Shown here piece after piece: positions 16,367 through 25,249 of a stretch of 32,000 nt of DNA. The notes beneath the pieces are model-generated. The model had not been told where the DNA came from. It saw only the letters and a list, made by a program, of their open reading frames with translations, and searched no databases. The translations under genes were made by a program, and so were the position numbers. Source of the DNA: Candidatus Hermodarchaeota archaeon (GTDB lineage: Archaea; Asgardarchaeota; Heimdallarchaeia; Hodarchaeales; Hodarchaeaceae); the NCBI GenBank assembly GCA_048886185.1, contig JBHLKY010000011.1, positions 1-32,000 on the forward strand, written 5' to 3'. How positions within the stretch are numbered: position 1 is the stretch's first letter; the number at the start of each line of letters is the position of its first letter.

Positions 16367-19300
16367 ATGAATATTTCAGTAATTAAGGATAGAGATAGCT
16401 TCGAGGGTATAATTCGTCCAATTAATACAAGTACTGACTCAAAAAAACTTGCTGATTTTTTTAATGCGATTGATGATCTATGGCCAGGTACTTGGACTCA
16501 AGGAATCAAGTATGATGAAAAACGTGCACGAGAGTTCATTGAAAAAATGAAAGCTCTTGAGTGGTTCGTTGCTTTTAACCCTCAAGAACGGTTAGTTGGG
16601 CTGTGTTCAGTTCATAAACGTATGGAAGAGCCCAATGTTTCATACATTGGTATTTTGGGTGCTCATCCTGAAGTACTAGGAAAAAAGTATGGTAAGCATC
16701 TACTCCTCACTGCAGTTGATTTTAGCGTGAAAAATGGTGATGTACGACAAGATCTAAACACTTGGCCATCAAATATGAAAGCTGTTCCCCTTTACAAGAA
16801 GATTGGCCTTCAATGGGTTCCCGACACCTCAGTATACATGCAGAACTACATTCCTGTGATCTTACAAAACTCATTCTGTAAACCATTTTTTGATAAACAT
16901 CCCCATTGGTACCTTGATCAGAAGCGGGAAATTATACAAGCTCCTGATGAACAAACCCTAGGAAAAATGAAAGTTTTTTATTATCGGTTTGAAAATGAGC
17001 AAGACTTTCTTGAAGTAATTATTGATCGCTATAGCCGATCTATCACGGGTGTTACTAGAAGTATTAATGGAGAATTAATTGGGATAACCTTACAACAGAA
17101 AGATCATGATGTCTTTGCTGGAATTGCCCAATCTATCTCTTTACTCATAAGGAATGAGTCCAATAAAGAGCTATCTGTTATTGTATCTATGGAGGGGTCT
17201 AAGGAAGTCAGTGTAAAAACTATTCAAGACATTCTGACAGTTTCCAATGGAAGCAAAATCCTTGAAAATACTTACGTCGTTGACGATATAACTTCTGACA
17301 CTGATATTCAAAGAAAAACTCCCAGTATCAAAAGCCGGATTATTATTAATGGAGAAGTCCTTACTCTAGAAGCAGGTATGAGAGTTCGTCAGGTTATTGA
17401 TATCGAGATATCTGATCATGTTTGGTGGAGACCTTCTGGAAAACAAGATATGTCACTTCACATCCAAAATAGGTCTGAAAAATCCATTGAAGGAGACTTG
17501 ACATTATGGTCCACTAATGAAATTAATATTCTTTCCCCTGTTATTCCAATTAAATTAGCTCCTGAAGAGAATATCGGTGTCATTGCTCAAATAGAAATTC
17601 CCTCGAATGATGATGACATTTTTACAAGTCTATATTGCCAAGCTAAGATGGAAACTACTAAGAGTAGAGTATTTGAACTCCCAATTTTCCTTTCTAATAA
17701 CCAAGGATTAGCAGCTGGTATTCAAGAGGACAAGAAGTGTGTTATCATCCAAAATCAATATATTCGAGGTGTTATTAAATTAGAGGGCGCGAAAGCGGAC
17801 TTTCGTACTCATGATGATACTTTAATGGGAATAGGCGTTCGTACACTTGATTATGGGCCTCCATTTGGTTTTAGTGAATTTAATCAAGTTGAATTTACAC
17901 CTAAAATAATAGAAAAAAGAAATTCTATTCAGATTAAACTTTCAAAGAGAGGACAATCGAAAAGAGAGTTATTATTTCATCGGGTTTTTGAATTAAGAGC
18001 AGGAGATCCTCATTTTGCTACATGGACGGAAGTTCAAAATTTAGGAACTATGGATGACCAAATAACTATGATCATAGAACCGCATTTCACCCATGGTATA
18101 AATATGCCTCTTGGGGAAACATATTTCGTTTTTGATAATCAGCTCATGTGTGGACCTGCTTTTTTCTGGCCTGCTGGAAAAGGAGACTTACCTGAAGGAA
18201 CTGAAAGATATGAACCTTGGATTTGTATACAAGTAGGAGATGTTGGATACTACCACATCTATGAAACACACAATACTAAAGCGGATCCTAGTCGTAGTAA
18301 ATTGTCCTCACTCGAGAAAAAGATCCATATCCCTGCTCTTTCCTCATCTAGTGGACCAAAGAGTTGGATTGGATGTGGCAACATAGAATGGAAGAGAGTT
18401 CGTGAACTAGCATATTATTTAAGTAAAAAACAGGTATTGTCTCCACTTCAGCAAAAAATTGAACCAAAGTCTTATCTTAAAATCGAAATCCCAAGAGAAA
18501 AATTGTTGATTGGAGAAAAATTTTCAGAAATTAAAATTACCCTGAAATCAATCCGCTTAATGCCTTTGAATGGTCGTTTAATCATGGAAGCACCTGAAGG
18601 ATGGACAATTACTCCCAGTGAATTCGAAATTACTAATTTAAACCTAAATAATCCGCAAGAGCATGAATGCAGATTACAATTACCAAATGACACCACCTTT
18701 GGGACTTACAAACTAAAATTTGTTATTGAGAGCAACGAAAAGAGAGAAACCAAGTATATTCGATTTTTAGTCTTTGATAGCACAAAAAAACCAGAAATAC
18801 TTGATCTTCCAAAGGAATCAGATAAGAATTTGGTTCTAGTTAAAAATGATAATCTTGAAGTTACCAGTTCAGGTGACTTTGCAGCTTGTTTAACTCAAAT
18901 AAGATATAATGGCCAAAATTATTTACTTTCTAATTTTCCAAATTACTGTCCATCTATTTTCTTTTCAAAAGATCCTGGTGGTATGGTTAATTCGATTTTT
19001 CAGAGTGAAAGTGATGATCTAGATGATCCATCCTATTTGAAAGAGAAATATTTGGTTAAGAAAATTGAATCCAATCAGTGGTCTGGAGTTGAATATTCGA
19101 CAACTCTTCATGAAATAAAGTCATTGAAGGGATTGGTTGTTAAAATCGCATACGAGATATTAGGAGGAGCCTCTAGTTTAATTCGTGTTCGAACAACAAT
19201 TCATAATCCATCTTCTACTACGTTTCAGTTCATATCACTTAGTTTATTAAGTCCAGGGGCTGATGGAAGTATAGAAAATATGGTTTCGAGATTCTCTATA

Positions 19301-19591
19301 GGCACTGATGTTACTTTTCAAGTTTCAAGGGATAATCCAGTACCTATTTTTGGTGCTGGGCCAAATAAGATGGCATATTTAACTGTAGCAAAGGATAACA
19401 ACTCCCTTTCCATCATTAAAACATCTAAAAGAACTAAACTTGTTCCACTTGATGCTGGAAAAATGATCCTTGGAGCTGGATTTCTCACTAACTGGAGCTT
19501 ACAGCCCAACCAAACTGATGAAATTCTCTACTTTGTTTCGTTAAACAGTAAAGAAGAATTTCTAAAGGATATTTCCCATATTTTTTCGTGA
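16367..19591 (+). CDS. Large (1074 aa) protein with N-terminal GNAT domain and multiple beta-sandwich domains
   Basis: GAHPEVLGKKYGKHLL and TWPSNMKAVPLYKKIG GNAT motifs; APEGWTITP Ig-like segment; no signal peptide; GGTGA SD. Confidence 0.8.
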   Translation: MNISVIKDRDSFEGIIRPINTSTDSKKLADFFNAIDDLWPGTWTQGIKYDEKRAREFIEKMKALEWFVAFNPQERLVGLCSVHKRMEEPNVSYIGILGAHPEVLGKKYGKHLLLTAVDFSVKNGDVRQDLNTWPSNMKAVPLYKKIGLQWVPDTSVYMQNYIPVILQNSFCKPFFDKHPHWYLDQKREIIQAPDEQTLGKMKVFYYRFENEQDFLEVIIDRYSRSITGVTRSINGELIGITLQQKDHDVFAGIAQSISLLIRNESNKELSVIVSMEGSKEVSVKTIQDILTVSNGSKILENTYVVDDITSDTDIQRKTPSIKSRIIINGEVLTLEAGMRVRQVIDIEISDHVWWRPSGKQDMSLHIQNRSEKSIEGDLTLWSTNEINILSPVIPIKLAPEENIGVIAQIEIPSNDDDIFTSLYCQAKMETTKSRVFELPIFLSNNQGLAAGIQEDKKCVIIQNQYIRGVIKLEGAKADFRTHDDTLMGIGVRTLDYGPPFGFSEFNQVEFTPKIIEKRNSIQIKLSKRGQSKRELLFHRVFELRAGDPHFATWTEVQNLGTMDDQITMIIEPHFTHGINMPLGETYFVFDNQLMCGPAFFWPAGKGDLPEGTERYEPWICIQVGDVGYYHIYETHNTKADPSRSKLSSLEKKIHIPALSSSSGPKSWIGCGNIEWKRVRELAYYLSKKQVLSPLQQKIEPKSYLKIEIPREKLLIGEKFSEIKITLKSIRLMPLNGRLIMEAPEGWTITPSEFEITNLNLNNPQEHECRLQLPNDTTFGTYKLKFVIESNEKRETKYIRFLVFDSTKKPEILDLPKESDKNLVLVKNDNLEVTSSGDFAACLTQIRYNGQNYLLSNFPNYCPSIFFSKDPGGMVNSIFQSESDDLDDPSYLKEKYLVKKIESNQWSGVEYSTTLHEIKSLKGLVVKIAYEILGGASSLIRVRTTIHNPSSTTFQFISLSLLSPGADGSIENMVSRFSIGTDVTFQVSRDNPVPIFGAGPNKMAYLTVAKDNNSLSIIKTSKRTKLVPLDAGKMILGAGFLTNWSLQPNQTDEILYFVSLNSKEEFLKDISHIFS

Positions 19592-19622
19592 GTACTAAGT
19601 GAAAAACTCTCAACTTGTTCTT

Positions 19623-20879
19623 TCACTTATTATTAAATATGAATTGAAGTTCAGAGATTCGAGGTAAAACTGGAGGCGGTAATGAGATCTCCTGCTGTAA
19701 AACTTTAGGATCTTTAAATCCAACTCCTGTAATTGGTATAATAACTCGATCAGACTTATCAATTTCACCTCTTTCCACTAAAATTTCAAGACCAGCAACT
19801 CCTGCAGTTCCTGAGGGTTCTCCAAATATCCCCTCATGTTGGGCTAACCATTTTTGAGTTCTGAGGATAGCTTCCTCCGATACAGTAACCGCGGTGCCAG
19901 AACTGTCGTAAATAGCAGTAAGTGCGGAGTCAGCATCCCAAGGATGAGGATCAGCGAGTCCCGCTGCTACAGTGTGTGGAGTGTGTTCCCAATCACGAAA
20001 CTCTAATGCTGGTGTTCTTTTTAAAACTCCATCGACAATCGGTGCACATTCTTCAGGTTGAACTGCAACATGATGTGGAATAGAAGTAATAAAATCCAGT
20101 TCCTCGAATTCTTTGAATCCTTTATAGGTTCCCGCTAATAATCCACCACTACCAGTTGCAAGAAGTACCCAGTCAGGTGGTTCCCAACTACATTGTTCAC
20201 AAAGCTCGAACGCAAGGCTTTTTGTCCCCTCAAACTGAAAAGGATTGAAAGGGCCAAATGATGGAGAGGGCATCCAGCCAAATCGCTCATAAGACTTTCG
20301 GAAGAGTGTAACTGATGAATCTTGCCCCTCTAATTCCTCCTTTACCCTAATAACTATAGCTCCCAAATATGCTAGTTGCGATAATTTCCCCTCGGATGTG
20401 TGTTCTGGTACAAAGACAACTACTTTTTTTCCTGCTCTCGCGCCATATGTTGCTAGTGCTGCAGCAGCATTCCCTGAGGAAGCAGCTGTAAAGACTTCAG
20501 CTTTCAGTTCTACTCCTTTTGATACCCCTATAGAAATTGGTCTATCTTTAAAACTTCCTGAAGGATTACCAGTTTCAATTTTGAAGAATAAATTCTTCAT
20601 TCCAAATTTTTCTTCTCCTATACGACTAGAAGGGATAAGAGGAGTTCCACCACATCCAAGATTAACTATATATTTATTATTCCTTATCGGAAAAAACTCA
20701 CGATATCGCCAATGAGTGAATGGTCTTTTTCCCAATACTTTTTTAGTAATTTTTTCTTTCAATTTGTCATATTTGAAGTTTATGCGTAAGCGGAACCCAC
20801 AACTACAACTTTGTGTCAAAAAAAGTTTTTCTTCCACCGATTTGCCACATTTTGGGCATTTTAGATATGGATCGTACAC
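19623..20879 (-). CDS. Threonine-synthase-like fold-type II PLP enzyme, probably non-canonical substrate
   Basis: N-terminal CxxC..CxC, GGTPLI, NPSGSFKDR (PLP Lys), SSGNAA, TGSGG, EPSG, ITGVGFKD motifs. Confidence 0.85.
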   Translation of the reverse strand: MYDPYLKCPKCGKSVEEKLFLTQSCSCGFRLRINFKYDKLKEKITKKVLGKRPFTHWRYREFFPIRNNKYIVNLGCGGTPLIPSSRIGEEKFGMKNLFFKIETGNPSGSFKDRPISIGVSKGVELKAEVFTAASSGNAAAALATYGARAGKKVVVFVPEHTSEGKLSQLAYLGAIVIRVKEELEGQDSSVTLFRKSYERFGWMPSPSFGPFNPFQFEGTKSLAFELCEQCSWEPPDWVLLATGSGGLLAGTYKGFKEFEELDFITSIPHHVAVQPEECAPIVDGVLKRTPALEFRDWEHTPHTVAAGLADPHPWDADSALTAIYDSSGTAVTVSEEAILRTQKWLAQHEGIFGEPSGTAGVAGLEILVERGEIDKSDRVIIPITGVGFKDPKVLQQEISLPPPVLPRISELQFIFNNK

Positions 20880-20917
20880 AATTGCAACCGCACTGCTTTA
20901 ATAAAATTGTAATTTTC

Positions 20918-22273
20918 TTATATTTGTCTTGCGATTCTGGGAGTAAGATCTAATCGTTCCCAAAGAGAAACCGCAGAGTCCGTTGACTGTTGGCTAACAA
21001 TAATCGCATCAAGAGATTTATGCACGCCATTTTTTACTATAGTTTTCCCATTTACTATAACATATTTGATATCTCGCCGAGAAAATGATCCATACACAAG
21101 GTGACTGTAAACATTATCCTCATGAATGGGTGTTGGTAAAAATGAGGTATCCATAATAGTGAAATCAGCAGCTTTATTCTTTTCAATTGATCCAATATGA
21201 TCCTTCAAGCCAATAGCTTGTGCGGCATTTATTGTTATCATTTGTACCACTTGAAGTGGAGTTGGTAATTGGCTAGGATTACGATGGTTCAGCTTGTGCA
21301 TGAGATAAGCAGTCCTCATATTCTCGATCGCATCATAAATAAATCCATCATTACCAACACCAATGTTTATCCCCTTTTGCAACATTTCTGGAAGTTGAGC
21401 TACTCCAACTGCGTTTAATTCATTACTTTTTGGATTATGAGCTATATTAGTTCGGGTTTGGGCTATTAGGTCGATCTCATGCTCGTTAATGTGAACAGCG
21501 TGGGCTAATGCGGTTCGTGATCCAAGGAAGCCCTCATCATAAAGTCGTTCTACTGTTCGCTTTCCATATTTCTCAAGATTATGATGAAGATCAGCTAATC
21601 CTTCTGCTGTATGAACAGTCTTAAATGAATTAGTTTCAGTGGCAAATTCTACCGTTTTGTTAATTAATTCATCTGAAACCGTAAAGGAGGCATGTAAACA
21701 GTAGATCCCATGCACCAATGTTTTCTCTGGGTCATTCTGCGAAATGAATCTTCGATTTTCCTCTAATCCTCTTATTCCTTCTTCATAGCTTCGACGCTCT
21801 GTCACTTCAAAGCATATCGCTCCTCTAATCCCCACATCTTGTGTAGCTTTCGAAATACGATCTAGTGAACCCTCAATAGAATTTGGGCCTGAATATGTAT
21901 CTAAATAAGCAGTGATACCATTTAATGCTAATTCATTCACAGCGAACAACGCAGATGTATATGCATCCTCTAAAGTGAGAGCTTCGTCCATTGTCCACCA
22001 AATTCTTTGTAAATTCTGAGTAAAATCTGTTGGTGGATCTATATGGAGAGGTGCACCTCTTAATAATGCAGAATAGAGATGAGTATGAGCACAAATAAAG
22101 CCAGGAAACACAACGAGGTTAGAACAATCGATTACAGTATCAGCTTTGTTGGGTATATTTTTACCAACCTGAATGATCTTACCGTCCTCCACTAAAATAT
22201 TTCCTTGCGAAATAACTTCATTGTTTGCATTCATGGTCACAATTAAGCCATTCTTAAGTAATAAACTTTCCAT
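20918..22273 (-). CDS. ssnA: SsnA-like amidohydrolase
   Basis: PGFICAHTHLYSALLRG, PTDF..NL..IWW..D.AL, IEGSL, CFEVTER, EEN.RF, HASFTV, HTAEG, HNPKSN, GNDG match the SsnA pattern as remembered. Confidence 0.75.
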   Translation of the reverse strand: MESLLLKNGLIVTMNANNEVISQGNILVEDGKIIQVGKNIPNKADTVIDCSNLVVFPGFICAHTHLYSALLRGAPLHIDPPTDFTQNLQRIWWTMDEALTLEDAYTSALFAVNELALNGITAYLDTYSGPNSIEGSLDRISKATQDVGIRGAICFEVTERRSYEEGIRGLEENRRFISQNDPEKTLVHGIYCLHASFTVSDELINKTVEFATETNSFKTVHTAEGLADLHHNLEKYGKRTVERLYDEGFLGSRTALAHAVHINEHEIDLIAQTRTNIAHNPKSNELNAVGVAQLPEMLQKGINIGVGNDGFIYDAIENMRTAYLMHKLNHRNPSQLPTPLQVVQMITINAAQAIGLKDHIGSIEKNKAADFTIMDTSFLPTPIHEDNVYSHLVYGSFSRRDIKYVIVNGKTIVKNGVHKSLDAIIVSQQSTDSAVSLWERLDLTPRIARQI

Positions 22274-22539
22274 TCAGCTGTCTCCTTCTATAGACGATTG
22301 GGGTACCATTTTTCTAGAGACTCTATTTTTTTTTCCCTTGGGAATCTTCAATGAGTATTGTTTATGAAATTGCCCTTTTATTGTCATAATTTAACGATAA
22401 TAAATGTGATAAGGTTTTAATTCCATATAGGTTTCCATTCGCTAAGAGTCATCAATGTTAATCTGTCTTCTCTGATTTTTTACCAAGAAGCTTAAAAGAA
22501 TCAATGAAATCTTAGCATAATAAAAACACTATAGGTAGA

Positions 22540-24027
22540 ATGAGGAACTCAATTATGAGAAAAATTAGTTTTAGGACCATATTTCTTATATTATTAATAG
22601 TTCTTCCACTGATTATTATTGGTACCGTTGAAGGAAGGATAAACAATCAAAATATTCTATTTGAATTCTCCAATAACACCCTAACAGCTTTTGATTCTCC
22701 AATGTATCTAATTAATTCAGAATATCCTAGCCATACAGACATCCCACGTACTAATTTCACTGGTACCTATAATATCACTCTATTTACTAATCCAGACAAT
22801 GCAGATGAAGTCATCTTCCGTTATCTCAAAGCAGCAGAATCTTCAATATATGTATCAATGTATACCATCAGTCGTCCTGAATTTAATAAGACTTTAATTG
22901 ATTTGAAGACTGCGAGTCCAGGTATGGATATTCAAGTGTTAATCAGCTATCGGAGGGTAGGTTCCTCTGAAAATATTGACACAGAAGCAGCTGCTCAATC
23001 ATTGGAAACTAATGGAATCCCAGTTTATACTTCAACACAAGATGATGATAAAGTAGATGGTTTCTACCATGCAAAATATTGGATCATTGATGGAAAACAT
23101 GTCTTTATTTATTCTGGAAATTGGAGTCCCCGAAGTGTAACACCTCAATTAGAACCCGGTGACAATTCTTACAGCTCATCTGAAGCAAATCGTGACATGG
23201 GAATTGCTGTACATGACGCTCCTGATATCACTTCGTTCTTTAAAGATGAAGTGTGGGATAAAGATGTAGCTGTAGCAGATCCATGGACTCCTTCAACCAT
23301 TAAAATACCCTCAAACCAACTAAATATTTTTAATCCATCACTGAAAATCATGAGTCCTGTTTTATATTATCCGACATTTGAAGCACTCAACATTAAAGAA
23401 AAAATGACATTAAGCCCAATGTTCACTCCTGATAATGCATTGGATATTCATAAATGGTGGATAGATCAAGCAAATGACTCAATTGATATTCAAAATCAAT
23501 ATATCACACAATTTGATGATTCTGTCAGTTGGAGTAATGATCCATCCCCTCTTGTCAGGTCGCTCGTTGAGGCGAATAAAAGAGGCGTCAAAATCCGTGT
23601 TCAAGTTAATGAAGATAGTGATTCGGATGATGTAACTGCTTACTTCTTAAGTAAGGGAATTGAAGTTAAATGGATGGGGAATTCTCAGACTAGTAGTGAG
23701 GGATGGTTATCAGATACTCATAACAAGCTGGTTATAATTGATGGCAAAGTAACACTGCTTTCCTCCATTAACTTTGGTGGAAATGCATTTACAAATAATC
23801 GTGAAGCAGGGATAGTTATTCAAAGTGTAACTGCTTCAGAATACTATGCATCGATTTTCAAATCAGATTGGATGGATGGCGAAATACCCCCTTCTTCCCC
23901 GTATACAGAAATTTCCACCTCAGAAGAACAAACAGGGTCGCTTGAAACACCATTCTCTTGGAGCGCGATGTTACTTGTACTGCTACTTCTACCCATCACC
24001 AGGAGGAGATCAAAGTCAAACGGATGA
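22540..24027 (+). CDS. Secreted, C-terminally membrane-anchored phospholipase D superfamily protein with two HKD motifs
   Basis: N-terminal signal/TM; HAKYWIIDG...SGNWS and HNKLVIIDG...SINF; S/T/E-rich linker followed by TPFSWSAMLLVLLLLPITRRR. Confidence 0.85.
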   Translation: MRNSIMRKISFRTIFLILLIVLPLIIIGTVEGRINNQNILFEFSNNTLTAFDSPMYLINSEYPSHTDIPRTNFTGTYNITLFTNPDNADEVIFRYLKAAESSIYVSMYTISRPEFNKTLIDLKTASPGMDIQVLISYRRVGSSENIDTEAAAQSLETNGIPVYTSTQDDDKVDGFYHAKYWIIDGKHVFIYSGNWSPRSVTPQLEPGDNSYSSSEANRDMGIAVHDAPDITSFFKDEVWDKDVAVADPWTPSTIKIPSNQLNIFNPSLKIMSPVLYYPTFEALNIKEKMTLSPMFTPDNALDIHKWWIDQANDSIDIQNQYITQFDDSVSWSNDPSPLVRSLVEANKRGVKIRVQVNEDSDSDDVTAYFLSKGIEVKWMGNSQTSSEGWLSDTHNKLVIIDGKVTLLSSINFGGNAFTNNREAGIVIQSVTASEYYASIFKSDWMDGEIPPSSPYTEISTSEEQTGSLETPFSWSAMLLVLLLLPITRRRSKSNG

Positions 24028-24254
24028 AGTTTCGACTTGCAACATGGGATGAAGGCCGTAAATTCATGAATGACATGGCCAATGTACTAAACACAGAGCT
24101 TGAAATCAGAGACGCAAGACAGGTTATCACAACGGACTCTATAGAAATTCACTTCCAGCCTGATGATCGAGGATTTTCTTTCATCACCTGTAAAATATAT
24201 GATGAGTCATTGAAACCTACACTTGAACTGTATAAATCACATTATACCAAGTAG
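24024..24254 (+). CDS. Hypothetical protein (76 aa)
   Basis: ATG overlaps the PLD stop (ATGA); globular-looking composition MKFRLATWDEGRKF... Confidence 0.6.
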   Translation: MKFRLATWDEGRKFMNDMANVLNTELEIRDARQVITTDSIEIHFQPDDRGFSFITCKIYDESLKPTLELYKSHYTK

Positions 24255-24772
24255 TATCTCCTATTCTCCCTTTTTTTGACATCAGATCTTACAACCCATA
24301 GTATAACTTAAAAATGGAATTATGAAAGTTCTTTTAATTTAGTAAATCTCAAATTAGTTTTTTCTTGAAATTAATATAAAATTCTCTACATGATGAAAAT
24401 GATATGTAAGAGTCTTTTATCAGCTAATTTTTGATCAATAGATCTATATTTTTACGTTTACTAAAAAAAATTCATATTTTACAACCAATTAGTTTCATTA
24501 TATGCAAATATTTGAAAAAAAAAGGGAAATTTTTTGTGTTCTTTCGACAAAAATTTGAGTCTTAATATTTTGTAATGAGTGACAATCCCATGGGTTAAGG
24601 CGAATTCGTGCTCTCAGAGTATGTATATCATATCTGCTAGTCACTATCTCGGGCAGTGTAAGGACGATAAAGAGAAATATTTATAAAGATGAGAAATTGA
24701 AGGTTACTTGTTCTGCTAAAAAGTAGTTCACATGCAGAACATTCTATTATCATAGAGAAAAGGTGAAAAGAA

Positions 24773-24976
24773 ATGGCAGGATTTGCATCTGCAAGAATCG
24801 AAAAAATAATCCGAAATGCTGGAGCACGACGTGTCTCTGCTGACGCCATTGACAGGCTTAATGAGATCGTAACTGATTATGGGACCAATATCGCTAAATA
24901 TGCGGTTGAAATTGCTCGTCACTCTGGCAGAAAGACAGTAAAAGAATCTGACATTAAATTGGCTGCTACTAAGTAA
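24773..24976 (+). CDS. Archaeal histone (HMf/HTkA family, tail-less)
   Basis: IIRNAGARRVSADA...IAKYAVEIARHSGRKTVKESDIKLA histone fold. Confidence 0.95.
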   Translation: MAGFASARIEKIIRNAGARRVSADAIDRLNEIVTDYGTNIAKYAVEIARHSGRKTVKESDIKLAATK

Positions 24977-24999
24977 GCTCCTCTTTAGTGTCAAAAAAC

Positions 25000-25023
25000 T
25001 TTCTCTTTTTTTTCTTTTTTTTT
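25000..25023 (+). terminator. Oligo-T archaeal terminator after the histone gene
   Basis: tttctcttttttttctttttttt tract about 25 nt after the stop. Confidence 0.55.
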
Positions 25024-25163
25024 AAAAACACAATGGAATAGTGCGTATTCTATCACTCTCACATATGATTTTCGCTCATTTAGCATATTGGAGGGGAAGA
25101 AGGTGTCAACAGCTTCCGGAAAAAATGTATTTAACATATTACAAAACAGCATTAAATGAGTTT

Positions 25164-25205
25164 AAAACTCCCTAAATTCTTACATATAGGAATTTGGGGG
25201 ATTTT
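25164..25205. promoter_or_regulatory. Long inverted repeat/hairpin upstream of the thermosome pair
   Basis: AAAACTCCCTAAATTCTTA-CATA-TAGGAATTTGGGGGATTTT: 19-bp stem with one mismatch and three G-U pairs. Confidence 0.5.
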
Positions 25206-25249
25206 GAAATATAGTTTGTTATATTAATGACAAAACGAGGTATATAATC

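Noticed and set aside
19623-20879. Assigning gene symbol thrC
   Set aside because: The phosphate-binding Arg positions are substituted and there is no hom/thrB context.
24578-24645. Cloverleaf-like set of short palindromes (agtgac/gtcact closing several mini-hairpins) as tRNA or ncRNA
   Set aside because: Stems are only 3-6 bp; no T-loop GTTC, D-loop or acceptor stem consensus.
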